A stretch of 64,000 nucleotides of DNA from Deltaproteobacteria bacterium (lineage in GTDB: Bacteria > Desulfobacterota > DSM-4660 > Desulfatiglandales > HGW-15), in NCBI GenBank assembly GCA_019310485.1, contig JAFDEF010000004.1, positions 35,890 to 99,889 on the forward strand, read 5' to 3'. Of this stretch, positions 55,394-63,927 are shown in pieces (positions within the stretch are counted from its first letter, which is position 1; each line of letters starts with the position of its first letter). Below the pieces are notes generated by a model, which was not told where the DNA came from, did not search any database, and worked only from the letters and a program-made list of their open reading frames with translations. The translations under genes and the position numbers were made by a program.

Positions 55394-56743
55394 TTAGCCA
55401 AGAGAGGTTTTTATTGTTTCCGCAATCCTGGCACAAAGATCCTCCGCCATATCCTGTGTCGGTGCTTCAACCATTATGCGACACAGATCCTGTGTGCCGG
55501 AATAGCGCACCAGTACCCTTCCCCGATCACCCAGTTTTTTTTCTGCTTCCCTGATAATTCTTGAAACCCGGGGAAAAGAGGAAAGCTCTTCCTTTCTCTT
55601 GACAGGTACGTTTATAAGTGCTTGGGGATAAATTTCCATAATATCCACCAATTCCGATAGCGGCTTGTTCTCAAACAACATGGCAGCAATCAACTGGAGA
55701 GCTGAAAGGATACCATCCCCGGTGGTGTGGTGGTTGAGAAAAATAATGTGACCGGATTCTTCGCCTCCAATAACTGCCCCCAGCCGCTTCATATCCTCCA
55801 GAACATAGCGATCGCCGACATTGGAGGGATGGTAGTTCAGGCCAAGTTTCCCACACGCAATCCTCAGGCCCAGATTGCTCATCACCGTGCCTATAACCAG
55901 ATTATTTTTGAGCTTGCCAAGTTTCTTGAGCGCGTTTGCGCATATAATAAGAGTCTGGTCACCTGTCACTCTTCGCCCTCTCTCATCAACGGCAATCAGC
56001 CGGTCGCCATCCCCGTCAAAGGCCAGGCCCAGTGAAGCTCCTGTTTGCACCACTCTTTCTTCCAGATCCCCGGTGTGCAACGATCCACACTGATCATTTA
56101 TGTTGATTCCATTGGGTTGATTGTGGATGACTTCTGTCCTTGCCCCAAGTTCAACAAAAACTTCAGGTGCAACTCTATGAGTCGCTCCGTTTGCCGTGTC
56201 AAGCACTACCTTGATGTTGTCCATGGAGCAACCGGCAGGAAAACTTCTCTTGAGGAAATCAATATAGCGATCCTGGGAATCCCTCATTTCAATCTGGCGA
56301 CCTATCTCTGGGGGGGGAACAAATGCTTGTTTAGGCGTGTCGTTCAAGATAAGATCCTCAAGGTGTTCTTCTTCTTGCTCGCTCAGCTTAAATCCATCAC
56401 CTTTGAAGAACTTGATTCCATTGTCCTGAAAGGGGTTATGGGAGGCTGAAATCATTATTCCCATTCCTAAGGCAAGGCTCTTTGTGAGGAATGCAACGCC
56501 GGGGGTAGGTAGAATCCCCGCTAGAAGAGTGTCACAACCCATGGAGGTAATGCCCGCGATAAGTGCACTTTGAAGCATGGGGCCGGAGATCCGGGTATCT
56601 CTTCCAATTATCACGGGCCCGGGGCCGTCTTTGTCTTTTCTGGCTTGAGCTATGGCCTGTCCCACAGAGAGGACGGTGTGTGCATCCATTGGAAAGCGGT
56701 TTGCTTCTCCTCGAATGCCGTCTGTTCCGAATAGCTTACCCAT
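55394..56743 (-). CDS. glmM: Phosphoglucosamine mutase
   Basis: 449 aa. MGKLFGTDGIRGEAN and the active-site GIMISASHNPFQDNGIKFF. Confidence 0.93.
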   Translation of the reverse strand: MGKLFGTDGIRGEANRFPMDAHTVLSVGQAIAQARKDKDGPGPVIIGRDTRISGPMLQSALIAGITSMGCDTLLAGILPTPGVAFLTKSLALGMGIMISASHNPFQDNGIKFFKGDGFKLSEQEEEHLEDLILNDTPKQAFVPPPEIGRQIEMRDSQDRYIDFLKRSFPAGCSMDNIKVVLDTANGATHRVAPEVFVELGARTEVIHNQPNGININDQCGSLHTGDLEERVVQTGASLGLAFDGDGDRLIAVDERGRRVTGDQTLIICANALKKLGKLKNNLVIGTVMSNLGLRIACGKLGLNYHPSNVGDRYVLEDMKRLGAVIGGEESGHIIFLNHHTTGDGILSALQLIAAMLFENKPLSELVDIMEIYPQALINVPVKRKEELSSFPRVSRIIREAEKKLGDRGRVLVRYSGTQDLCRIMVEAPTQDMAEDLCARIAETIKTSLG

Positions 56744-56844
56744 TGGTTATCTCCAGAGCAGCGGCGGCAAAGCGCCGCAGCAGAGTATTGGGGGCGGATA
56801 ACTTTTCAGGCTCTCAGAAGACATCGATTTGCACTGCGGGTTCC

Positions 56845-58101
56845 TTATATCTTAAACAGGCGCATTGACGGAAACGTAGAATCAACTCTCCGGCAGAGCT
56901 CGTCAACGACTTGCTGGAGCCAGCGGGTTCCAGCCATTGAAGCAGAGTCGGGCAAAGTCTGGATGACCACAAGGTAGTCGGCATTGCTTGATGGCATATG
57001 AGCTTCCAGTTGGCTCAAAAAGTTTTCTCGGAGTTCCTTGACCTGAGCTGTGTCAATCAGATCAGATAAAAACATATCGCATACCCCGGAGGCTTTTTGC
57101 TGAAATTCCTTTTTTCTTGCTGCTGCCTGTCCTCTGGCGGGGTGGTTTTTAAGTGAAGCAGGCATCTTTTCAGCCATAGCCTTAAGTCGAGCAGTGCGCT
57201 CCTTCTTGGCCATGTAAAGTTTTTCCATGGCTCCTTCGTAGAGCATTGTTCCCGTGGCATCGCGGGTAAAGAAAAGTTTGCGCACGTATTTGTACCACTG
57301 CTCCAATGCTACCAGGTTAGCAAGATAGAACATATTGTTTCTCACCACCCTGGAAAGCGATGTGTACTGGTAGGGAGTATAGTCGGTGACAAGTCCTTTG
57401 TAGGATTTACCCACAATAAACTTGTTGTCTTCAACGCTGTCGTTTCGCAGGATGGTGCCGGCAGCAACAACGTTGCCGTAACCCAGTCTAAGAGGGCCCA
57501 CCATTCCGCCCTGTCCACCCAGGAAAATGGGTGGTTGGTTCACCATGACGCCCCGGGGCACGTCACCGATCAGGGAGGGAGTTGCTTTATCCCCGTCAGG
57601 GGTGAAATTAAAATGAATGTAAGAGCTTCCCACCTCACTATGATTGCGAGGGCCTCTTCCCCCTGCCATAAGGCAGTCACAGAAATTAACAAGGCTTCCA
57701 ATTGTGACAAAAGGGAAAAGGATGGTTTGCTTTAACGCCACGCAGTGTGCGCCCCTTGCCTGCTCTTCCAGCAGGCACCCTTCGCGAACATGAGCGCCCA
57801 GGCCCATGCTGGATTTTTCGAGAAAAACAGACTCCTTGAAAAACCCTCCCTTTAGCTCGACCCCCGGCCCTATCTGGCAGTTCTCAATAGTGACCGGGCC
57901 CTCATAGCCAATTCTGACATCTCTTGCAATGAGCGTTTTCTCACCGTATATGCGGCATCCTGGAAAAATCTTGACTCCATTGCCTGAGATGCGGCTCACA
58001 TCGACCTCTTTTCCGATATCCAGCGTCAGTGGGTTGGGAATATCCACACCTTTTTGAATCAGGTTTTGGATGATGTCCCGGCTTCTGGGGTTGAGTTCCA
58101 C
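56845..58101 (-). CDS. Left-handed beta-helix (hexapeptide-repeat) protein with C-terminal helical domain; GlmU-acetyltransferase-domain-like
   Basis: 418 aa, with a GTG start after GGAGAG. It has iterated short beta-helix-like turns (GVKIFPGCRIYG, VRIGYEGPVTIENCQIGPGVELKG, LGGQGGMVGPLRLGYGNVVAAGTIL), then about 170 aa of helical, Lys/Ala-rich sequence. It lies directly upstream of glmM on the same strand. Confidence 0.5.
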   Translation of the reverse strand: MELNPRSRDIIQNLIQKGVDIPNPLTLDIGKEVDVSRISGNGVKIFPGCRIYGEKTLIARDVRIGYEGPVTIENCQIGPGVELKGGFFKESVFLEKSSMGLGAHVREGCLLEEQARGAHCVALKQTILFPFVTIGSLVNFCDCLMAGGRGPRNHSEVGSSYIHFNFTPDGDKATPSLIGDVPRGVMVNQPPIFLGGQGGMVGPLRLGYGNVVAAGTILRNDSVEDNKFIVGKSYKGLVTDYTPYQYTSLSRVVRNNMFYLANLVALEQWYKYVRKLFFTRDATGTMLYEGAMEKLYMAKKERTARLKAMAEKMPASLKNHPARGQAAARKKEFQQKASGVCDMFLSDLIDTAQVKELRENFLSQLEAHMPSSNADYLVVIQTLPDSASMAGTRWLQQVVDELCRRVDSTFPSMRLFKI

Positions 58102-58353
58102 TGTGCTCTCCGAAAAATATATTCGAATGGACTTTACTGAGACTTTTGCCTCTTGTCAACCATACCCACAAGGAAGCAGGCACTTCAACTAGTAGCATCA
58201 TCCTCACCCTTTGCCGTTGCGGCGTAGCTCTAATTACGCCTCGCTCTTAAGGATTTCGGATGCCTTGCATATCAACATTTTCCAACAGCCTCCCATGAAT
58301 CCAGTTTTCCAACCGGCTGCTAGTACAAGTTTTTTGACAATATTTGAATATGT

Positions 58354-58381
58354 TTGCTAACGCCCTTCAATTATGTATAAT
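58354..58381 (+). promoter_or_regulatory. Sigma70-like promoter candidate (TTGCTA-16-TATAAT, TG immediately upstream of -10)
   Basis: TTGCTA at 58354-58359 and TATAAT at 58376-58381. It would give a leader of about 75 nt containing repeat copy 2 before the MFS gene. Confidence 0.45.
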
Positions 58382-58393
58382 AGAGTACTCGAC

Positions 58394-58443
58394 AGTAAGC
58401 CCTGTGGAATTTCGCACGGGGCATTCCTACGGGGTAAAAGCGA
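58394..58443 (-). repeat. Dispersed short repeat, copy 2 (inverted relative to copy 1)
   Basis: The plus strand reads agtaagCCCTGTGGAATTTCGCACGGGGCATTcctacggggtaaaagcg. 31 of 32 nt match the reverse complement of copy 1 across the core. Confidence 0.8.
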
Positions 58444-58464
58444 ATCCAGGGAGTTTTGGACAAT

Positions 58465-59916
58465 ATGCAACCGGAGGGCGAATACAAGTCAAAGTGGGTT
58501 ATTCTGGGCGCCGTTATGACAGGCGTTATAATGGGCCCTATTGACGGAAGCATTGTGAACGTCGTTCTTCCCACGATTGCCAGAGACTTTCACTCCGACT
58601 ACTCCATAGCTCAGTGGGTGCCCACCATCTATCTCCTGGCTGTATGCTCATTTATCCTTGTATACGGCCGGCTGGGCGACATGCTGGGCTATAAGAGGAT
58701 ATTTCTTACAGGCCTGGGGTGTTTTGCTTTAGCTTCGTTTCTGTGCGGTTTTTCGCAGAGTATCTTGATGCTCATAGTATTCAGAGCAATACAGGGCCTT
58801 GCAGTAGCCATGCAGATGGCCCTAGGTCTGGCAATAGTGACTTCGGCTTTCCCGGCAGCTGAGCGAGGCAAGGCTATCGGCATTTACGGTACGGCGATTG
58901 CCGTGGGATTGATGCTGGGCCCGGTGCTTGGAGGGGTGATAGCCGCCTACCTTAACTGGCGCTATGTATTTTTCCTTAACATTCCAATAGCTGCCATAGC
59001 TCTGATATGGGGTTCAAGAGTAATACCCCCTGGGGTCAAGAAACCTGGCCAACATCTCGATCTTTATGGGGCAGTGCTGGCCTTTGTTTCCCTTTTCAGC
59101 ATCATTCTTTTTGCCAACCGGGGCAAGGAGTGGGGATGGTTGTCGCTGAGGTGCATAGTTCTCTTGGTCTTGGCATTGGTCTTCGCCGCATTGTTTATCT
59201 TTGTGGAGCGCAAATTGGGCCAACCAATGCTGGACCTTTCCATTTTCAAAAGCCGCCGCTTTAGTTTTGCCAGTCTGGGTGCCTTGGGAAGCTTCATGGC
59301 GCTATATACGCTTGTTTTTCTCACGCCTTGGTATATGGCAGATGCTCTGAACAAAGATGTGATGACAGTGGGTTTAGTAATGATCGCTTTACCGGGAGTG
59401 ACCTTGGTGGTTGGGCCTTTGAGCGGGGCCTTATCAGACCATATCGGGGTCAGGGGCCTTGCCTTTTGCGGGATGCTTATCCATGCCGCAGGCCTGGTTC
59501 TTCTCAGCCAGCTCGATGCCTCTTCACAAAACTTTGATATTGCGTGGCGTCTGGCTGTTTGTGGACTAGGATCGGGAATGTTTCAGAGCCCAACCAACAG
59601 TGCCATCATGGGAAGTGTCCCTCCCTGGCATCGAGGCATTGCTTCCAGCATGCTGGCCGTGATGAGAAATACGGGCATGGCGTTTGGAATAGCAATCGCA
59701 GGGGCAATAGTTTATAACCTGGCTCCGGCCACAACTTTAGGTCACAGCGGTCTTTTTACAGGCCCTGATTTGGATCAATTCTTAAATGGGCTCCACTGGG
59801 CATATATCGGGGGAGCCGTTCTGGCAATACTCTCAGCTCTCAGCGCCATCTCTGCCAAAGGACGGCAAGAACCAGTGTCTCACCAAGCTCATGCCCCATC
59901 GGATGTGGCAAGCTAG
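58465..59916 (+). CDS. MFS transporter, DHA2 (EmrB/QacA-like, 14-TM) family
   Basis: About 483 aa. WVILGAVMTGVIMGPIDGSIVNVVLPTIARDF and GRLGDMLGYKRIFLTG are DHA2-type motifs. ATG at 58465; TTG at 58456 is an alternative. Confidence 0.85.
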   Translation: MQPEGEYKSKWVILGAVMTGVIMGPIDGSIVNVVLPTIARDFHSDYSIAQWVPTIYLLAVCSFILVYGRLGDMLGYKRIFLTGLGCFALASFLCGFSQSILMLIVFRAIQGLAVAMQMALGLAIVTSAFPAAERGKAIGIYGTAIAVGLMLGPVLGGVIAAYLNWRYVFFLNIPIAAIALIWGSRVIPPGVKKPGQHLDLYGAVLAFVSLFSIILFANRGKEWGWLSLRCIVLLVLALVFAALFIFVERKLGQPMLDLSIFKSRRFSFASLGALGSFMALYTLVFLTPWYMADALNKDVMTVGLVMIALPGVTLVVGPLSGALSDHIGVRGLAFCGMLIHAAGLVLLSQLDASSQNFDIAWRLAVCGLGSGMFQSPTNSAIMGSVPPWHRGIASSMLAVMRNTGMAFGIAIAGAIVYNLAPATTLGHSGLFTGPDLDQFLNGLHWAYIGGAVLAILSALSAISAKGRQEPVSHQAHAPSDVAS

Positions 59917-60003
59917 AAAAGTGATGGTACATTGCTCAACACAGGAGAGGACGTGACGGTGTACGTTGGCTGGGGTCACACGTGCGAATAGCCCAAGGTC
60001 AGT

Positions 60004-60798
60004 TCATATCCCGAGGTATCCCAGACTGGCTGAGATATCTTCGCAGGCTTTCTTTAAAAGACGAACAAAATTTTCCACGCCGTTTTCATCGTTCCGCCTG
60101 CTTAAAGGAAGCGCAATACCCAGTGCGGCTATAACATGGCGAGAATAATCACGTATTGGAGCGGCAATACCCATAACAGCTTCCACAGCTTCTTCCCGTT
60201 CCACCACGTAGCCATCCTTGCGAATTTGCTCAAGCCGCAAACTGAATGCGTTTTGATCTGTAATGGAAAAAGGCGTGTATGGCTGAAGCGGTTCTTTCTC
60301 AAGGATCCTTTTTGCTTCTCCGGGCTCGAGGTGGGCCATCAAAACCATGCCCAGCATCCCGTAGTGAAGGGGTCTCCTCCACCCTATGTCAGAAGAAATC
60401 CTGATCATTCCGCGGCCCTCGCGCTTGTCCACATAGACAAGCTGATCATCCATCATTGTCCCGAGAAGCACCGTGGCCCCTGTCTGACTTTGAATCCATG
60501 ACATAGGCGAGGCTGCTGCACGGCGCAAGGAAAAAGAGGAAAATACAATGCCGCCCAGTTCAAAAAGGCGAAGGCCAAGATGGTAGTGTCCTGTGCTTGG
60601 TTCTTTTTGAAGGTAGCCCCGCGAGGCAAGATTAGAGATAAGGCGCTTCGCTGTTGTTTTGTTTAGCCCGGTTTTCTTCACCAGTTCCGAAAAACTCATT
60701 TCCCTGTTTTGGAAGCTAAATGCATCCAGAATATCAAGGGCTCTTTCGAGCGATCTAACCCTGTAGTTTCCTTGCCGTTCCTTTTCAAGTGCTCTCAT
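60004..60798 (-). CDS. IclR-family transcriptional regulator
   Basis: 264 aa. The N-terminal winged HTH is RSLERALDILDAFSFQNREMSFSELVKKTGLNKTTAKRLISNL. The C-terminus is an IclR effector domain. Confidence 0.88.
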   Translation of the reverse strand: MRALEKERQGNYRVRSLERALDILDAFSFQNREMSFSELVKKTGLNKTTAKRLISNLASRGYLQKEPSTGHYHLGLRLFELGGIVFSSFSLRRAAASPMSWIQSQTGATVLLGTMMDDQLVYVDKREGRGMIRISSDIGWRRPLHYGMLGMVLMAHLEPGEAKRILEKEPLQPYTPFSITDQNAFSLRLEQIRKDGYVVEREEAVEAVMGIAAPIRDYSRHVIAALGIALPLSRRNDENGVENFVRLLKKACEDISASLGYLGI

Positions 60799-60851
60799 GA
60801 GGTATCTTTCTTGCCCTATTTCTATCGGCTGATAAGGCCGGATGCCAAATG

Positions 60852-62459
60852 CTACTTGCGGTAACGCTCACGGCTTTCATCATTTTGAGCCAGTTCAGCC
60901 AGACCGCCTTTGCCAAACTTGTTTAACTTTACCCCACCTGAAAGCCTCGGAAATTCTTTCATGACGCACAGCTCGTCAGGGAGTTTATGAGCTGCGAGTT
61001 TTTCTTCAAGAAACGACCGAATCTCTCCCAATGAAACACTCTGTCCGCTTCTGGGTATAATGCATGCACAGATACTTTCACCCAAAACCGGATTAGGGGT
61101 TGCCACCACACAAACCTCCTGTACTTTGGGGTGCTCCACCAGCAGGGATTCCAGTTCATGAGGATAGATCTTGAACCCTCCCCTGTTTATCAGGTCTTTT
61201 GTCCGGCCATATATCTTGAAGTAGTTCCCTTCCTGCCTTGAGACGAGGTCCCCCATATAAAGCCATCCGTCTATAATTTGCTTGCTTGTTTCTTCAGGGT
61301 TGTTCCAGTAACCTTTCATCACATGCCACCCGGAAACAGCAAGTTCGCCGATCTCTCCATCAGGCACTTCCTCGTGCGTTGCGGGATCCGCGACCTTTGC
61401 CCTGGTGTCTTCGACCGGCTTTCCTATGTAGTTTTCTCTTATCTCCAGGGGCGAGGGATATGGGCATATGATACCAAGACCGGGACCGACTTCCGAAGCG
61501 CCCCAGAAAGAAGTTAAATACACGCCCATTTCCTTTTCTACCTGTGTAATCAGTCCCTCGGGGGCGATCTGTCCTGCTATCAATCCCGCCCTTAGAGAGC
61601 TCAGGTCATATTTTTTTCTCCGCGGATGATTTAGCTCAAGTATATAGTGAACAGGGGCGGCGAGTTGCAAGGTGACCTTTTCTTTTTCAATAAGCTGAAA
61701 TGCCTTTTCAACCTCGAATTTCTCCATTAGCACAAGCCTGGATTTAAGCAGCAGGGGCTGAATCAGAATGGCTCCACACCCATAGGAATGGCTCATAGGA
61801 AGAACTGCAATAAAAACATCCTCTGATGTAGCCAGCACGCCTTTGGAGTATTGAAATGCGCCCCTGCAAGCCCCGTAGTGAGTGATCATTGCCCCTTTCG
61901 GCTTTCCTGTTGTTCCCGACGTGTAAATCAACATCGCCAGGTCTTCCTTTGGGTCAATCGCAGGAAATGTTACGTCCGTCCGGTGCCCGTGTTCCAGCAA
62001 CTCATTAAGAGAATAAACAAAATTGCTTTTTTCTTTTCCCACGCAGATGACTGCTTCGAGATCAGGCAGGGATGGTTTTAATGCCATCACAGCATTAAGG
62101 TAGTTGTAACCCTCCCATTCTTCAAAAATAATAACGCCCTTGCTGCCTGAGTTTTTCAGAATAAATTGTGCCTCGGCTTTTCGGTAGTGAGGATTAACCC
62201 AGGTCACGATGACCCCAAGTTTCTGGAGCGCATAAAAGGAAACCATAAGTTCGACGGAATTTTTCATATATATCGCGACACGGTCTCCTTTGCGGAAGCC
62301 AAGCCCCGAAAGACTGGATGCAAAGGAATTTGCCATGTCATTCAGTTCCCTGTAAGTGAGGCTTTGAGCTTCTTCAATGACCCCAATTTTATCGGGGACC
62401 AGCTCAGCCGCCCTTTCAAGCACGCCTCCAACAGATAGCCTATTGAACATTTCTTTCAT
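60852..62459 (-). CDS. AMP-dependent acyl-CoA synthetase/ligase (class I adenylate-forming)
   Basis: 535 aa. IYTSGTTGKPKGAMITH (A3/P-loop motif), YGCGA, GWLYMGDL, GRTKDLINRGGFKIYP. Confidence 0.88.
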   Translation of the reverse strand: MKEMFNRLSVGGVLERAAELVPDKIGVIEEAQSLTYRELNDMANSFASSLSGLGFRKGDRVAIYMKNSVELMVSFYALQKLGVIVTWVNPHYRKAEAQFILKNSGSKGVIIFEEWEGYNYLNAVMALKPSLPDLEAVICVGKEKSNFVYSLNELLEHGHRTDVTFPAIDPKEDLAMLIYTSGTTGKPKGAMITHYGACRGAFQYSKGVLATSEDVFIAVLPMSHSYGCGAILIQPLLLKSRLVLMEKFEVEKAFQLIEKEKVTLQLAAPVHYILELNHPRRKKYDLSSLRAGLIAGQIAPEGLITQVEKEMGVYLTSFWGASEVGPGLGIICPYPSPLEIRENYIGKPVEDTRAKVADPATHEEVPDGEIGELAVSGWHVMKGYWNNPEETSKQIIDGWLYMGDLVSRQEGNYFKIYGRTKDLINRGGFKIYPHELESLLVEHPKVQEVCVVATPNPVLGESICACIIPRSGQSVSLGEIRSFLEEKLAAHKLPDELCVMKEFPRLSGGVKLNKFGKGGLAELAQNDESRERYRK

Positions 62460-62572
62460 CTCAACCCCTTCGCCATCGTTTTATATGTTCTGGCAAGTAC
62501 CAAAACCCCTTTCCCCCCAGAGCAAATAGTGCTTGTTGAAGCCGGGGCCATAGGAAAACATGTTTTCGCACC

Positions 62573-62589
62573 ATGAAACCAGCTTTCAT
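62573..62589. promoter_or_regulatory. Inverted repeat ATGAAA-N5-TTTCAT at the predicted ligase transcription start (operator candidate)
   Basis: atgaaaccagctttcat read directly. It lies just downstream of the -10 candidate of the ligase promoter. Confidence 0.3.
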
Positions 62590-62596
62590 ATCATGC

Positions 62597-62625
62597 AGCA
62601 TAATTTCGTCACAAAAAGATGTCAA
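62597..62625 (-). promoter_or_regulatory. Sigma70-like promoter candidate for the acyl-CoA ligase gene (TTGACA-17-TATGCT)
   Basis: On the minus strand, TTGACA lies at 62625-62620 and TATGCT at 62602-62597. Confidence 0.4.
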
Positions 62626-62937
62626 CGCAAAACCATCAAAGGCCAGCTAGGTTCTTCTAGAAGTTCCGCCAATACTATCCTTGACATGCATCCGGCATGC
62701 TGTTAGAAAAACTGAAAACGGGGTTCGCAGTGCGAAACGAACTTTAGGTAACTTCTTTTTGTTAGAGAAAACTAAGCTTTGTGATATAGATATGACTCAA
62801 CTAGGCAGGTGTGGTGAGAATGGTAACAAAACCCAAATCCCAAGGCAATTAACTACCCCGCCGCAAGCGGACGGGGTATCAATCGGAAATTTTCTTAACA
62901 CCCAAAGGGGCGGGGAATTGAACCATCGTCCGTCTCT

Positions 62938-62953
62938 GGCGGATTAATCCGCC
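62938..62953. repeat. Perfect 16-bp palindrome GGCGGATTAATCCGCC followed by a third GGCGGAT half-site (62957-62963)
   Basis: Read directly in the 650-bp divergent intergenic region between the ligase (-) and the SDR (+). Confidence 0.6.
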
Positions 62954-63112
62954 TCCGGCGGATAAAAAGGAATGAGAAGAGCTCATTCGAGGGTCTTGCA
63001 AGCGCCAATAAATAGGGGCGAGTGTTTGAATCGCAATTGAAATGGAAAAGCTTCCACATGCCTGCACAAGCATCAATCATGAGCAACGTTTGGGAGCTTG
63101 TGGAATAGTGAG

Positions 63113-63874
63113 ATGAGAATCAAAGGCAGTAACATCCTTGTAACAGGCGGGGCGGGCAGTTTCGGCCGGGCTTTCAGCTTTGACCTGGCCTCGTGCGGTG
63201 CAAGGATTTTTTCCTGCGATATAGACGCGGAAGCGCTGGCAGGGATTAGAGATGAGGCGCAGTCTCAAGGACTAGGCATAGAAACATTCCAGGCTGACAT
63301 CAGTAAGGAAAATCAGGTTGAGGGGCTCTTTAATAAAATCGTGGAACAATTTGGCCCCCTGGATGTTTTGATCAATAATGCAGGAGTTGCAGAGGATGGG
63401 CTTCTTATCAAGAAGGAGAACGGAGGATACCGAAAATTTTCTTTCTCACAATGGAAAAAAGGGGTTGATATAAACCTGAACGGTGTCTTTCTTTGTGCAA
63501 GGGAAGCAGCTTTTCACATGATTCGGCAGGGTAGCGGAGGCCTTATAATAAACATTTCTTCGGTTTCCAGGCACGGAAGTTTCATCCAGTCCAATTATTC
63601 AGCCACAAAGGCCGCTGTTGTTGCACTCAGCGTTGTCTGGGCTAAGGAGCTATCCGGGTACGGTATCCGTTCGGTGGCGATCGCCCCCGGATATATTGAT
63701 ACTCCGCTTACAAGGAAAATCCCTGAAAAGGTAAGGCAAAAGATCGTTTTCGAGCAGATTCCCCAAAAGCGGATGGGCAATGTGAGCGAAGTCGCGCACG
63801 CGATTCGTTTTGCAATAGAAAATGATTACTTGAACGGCCGGGTTATTGACCTTGACGGTGGTCTGAGAATATAG
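63113..63874 (+). CDS. Short-chain dehydrogenase/reductase (FabG / 3-hydroxyacyl-CoA dehydrogenase-like)
   Basis: MRIKGSNILVTGGAGSFGRA, NNAG, S...YSATK catalytic tetrad motif. ATG at 63113 within ORF 63098..63874. Confidence 0.88.
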   Translation: MRIKGSNILVTGGAGSFGRAFSFDLASCGARIFSCDIDAEALAGIRDEAQSQGLGIETFQADISKENQVEGLFNKIVEQFGPLDVLINNAGVAEDGLLIKKENGGYRKFSFSQWKKGVDINLNGVFLCAREAAFHMIRQGSGGLIINISSVSRHGSFIQSNYSATKAAVVALSVVWAKELSGYGIRSVAIAPGYIDTPLTRKIPEKVRQKIVFEQIPQKRMGNVSEVAHAIRFAIENDYLNGRVIDLDGGLRI

Positions 63875-63927
63875 TCCAGCGATCGGCCTACCAATGTTAG
63901 AATTATGTTTAGAAGGTGGTGGAGAAG

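Noticed and set aside
58400-58440. Guanidine-II (mini-ykkC) riboswitch, because of two ACGG motifs upstream of a transporter.
   Set aside because: The ACGG tetranucleotides are not presented as loops closed by complementary GC stems (GC-ACGG-GG and CCT-ACGG-GGT do not pair properly). This does not match the two-hairpin ACGR architecture as I recall it.
46086-58443. Inverted copies of the 32-nt repeat as the terminal inverted repeats of a 12.3-kb composite mobile element.
   Set aside because: The intervening genes are core housekeeping (smc, ftsY, glmM). There is no transposase or integrase. A third, same-orientation copy lies inside the segment. I saw no target-site duplication.
62900-62965. 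Possible tRNA (or tRNA 3' fragment / att site) on the minus strand: GGTTCAATTCCCCGCCCC looks like a T-loop, and GGCGGATTAATCCGCC like an anticodon arm with TTA.
   Set aside because: I could not fold a cloverleaf. The 5 nt preceding the TTCAATT loop (GATGG) do not pair with CCCCG. The putative anticodon stem leaves a 4- or 6-nt loop instead of 7. There is no acceptor-stem complement, and no integrase is nearby. I treat it as palindromes or operators; tRNAscan-SE/ARAGORN would settle it.
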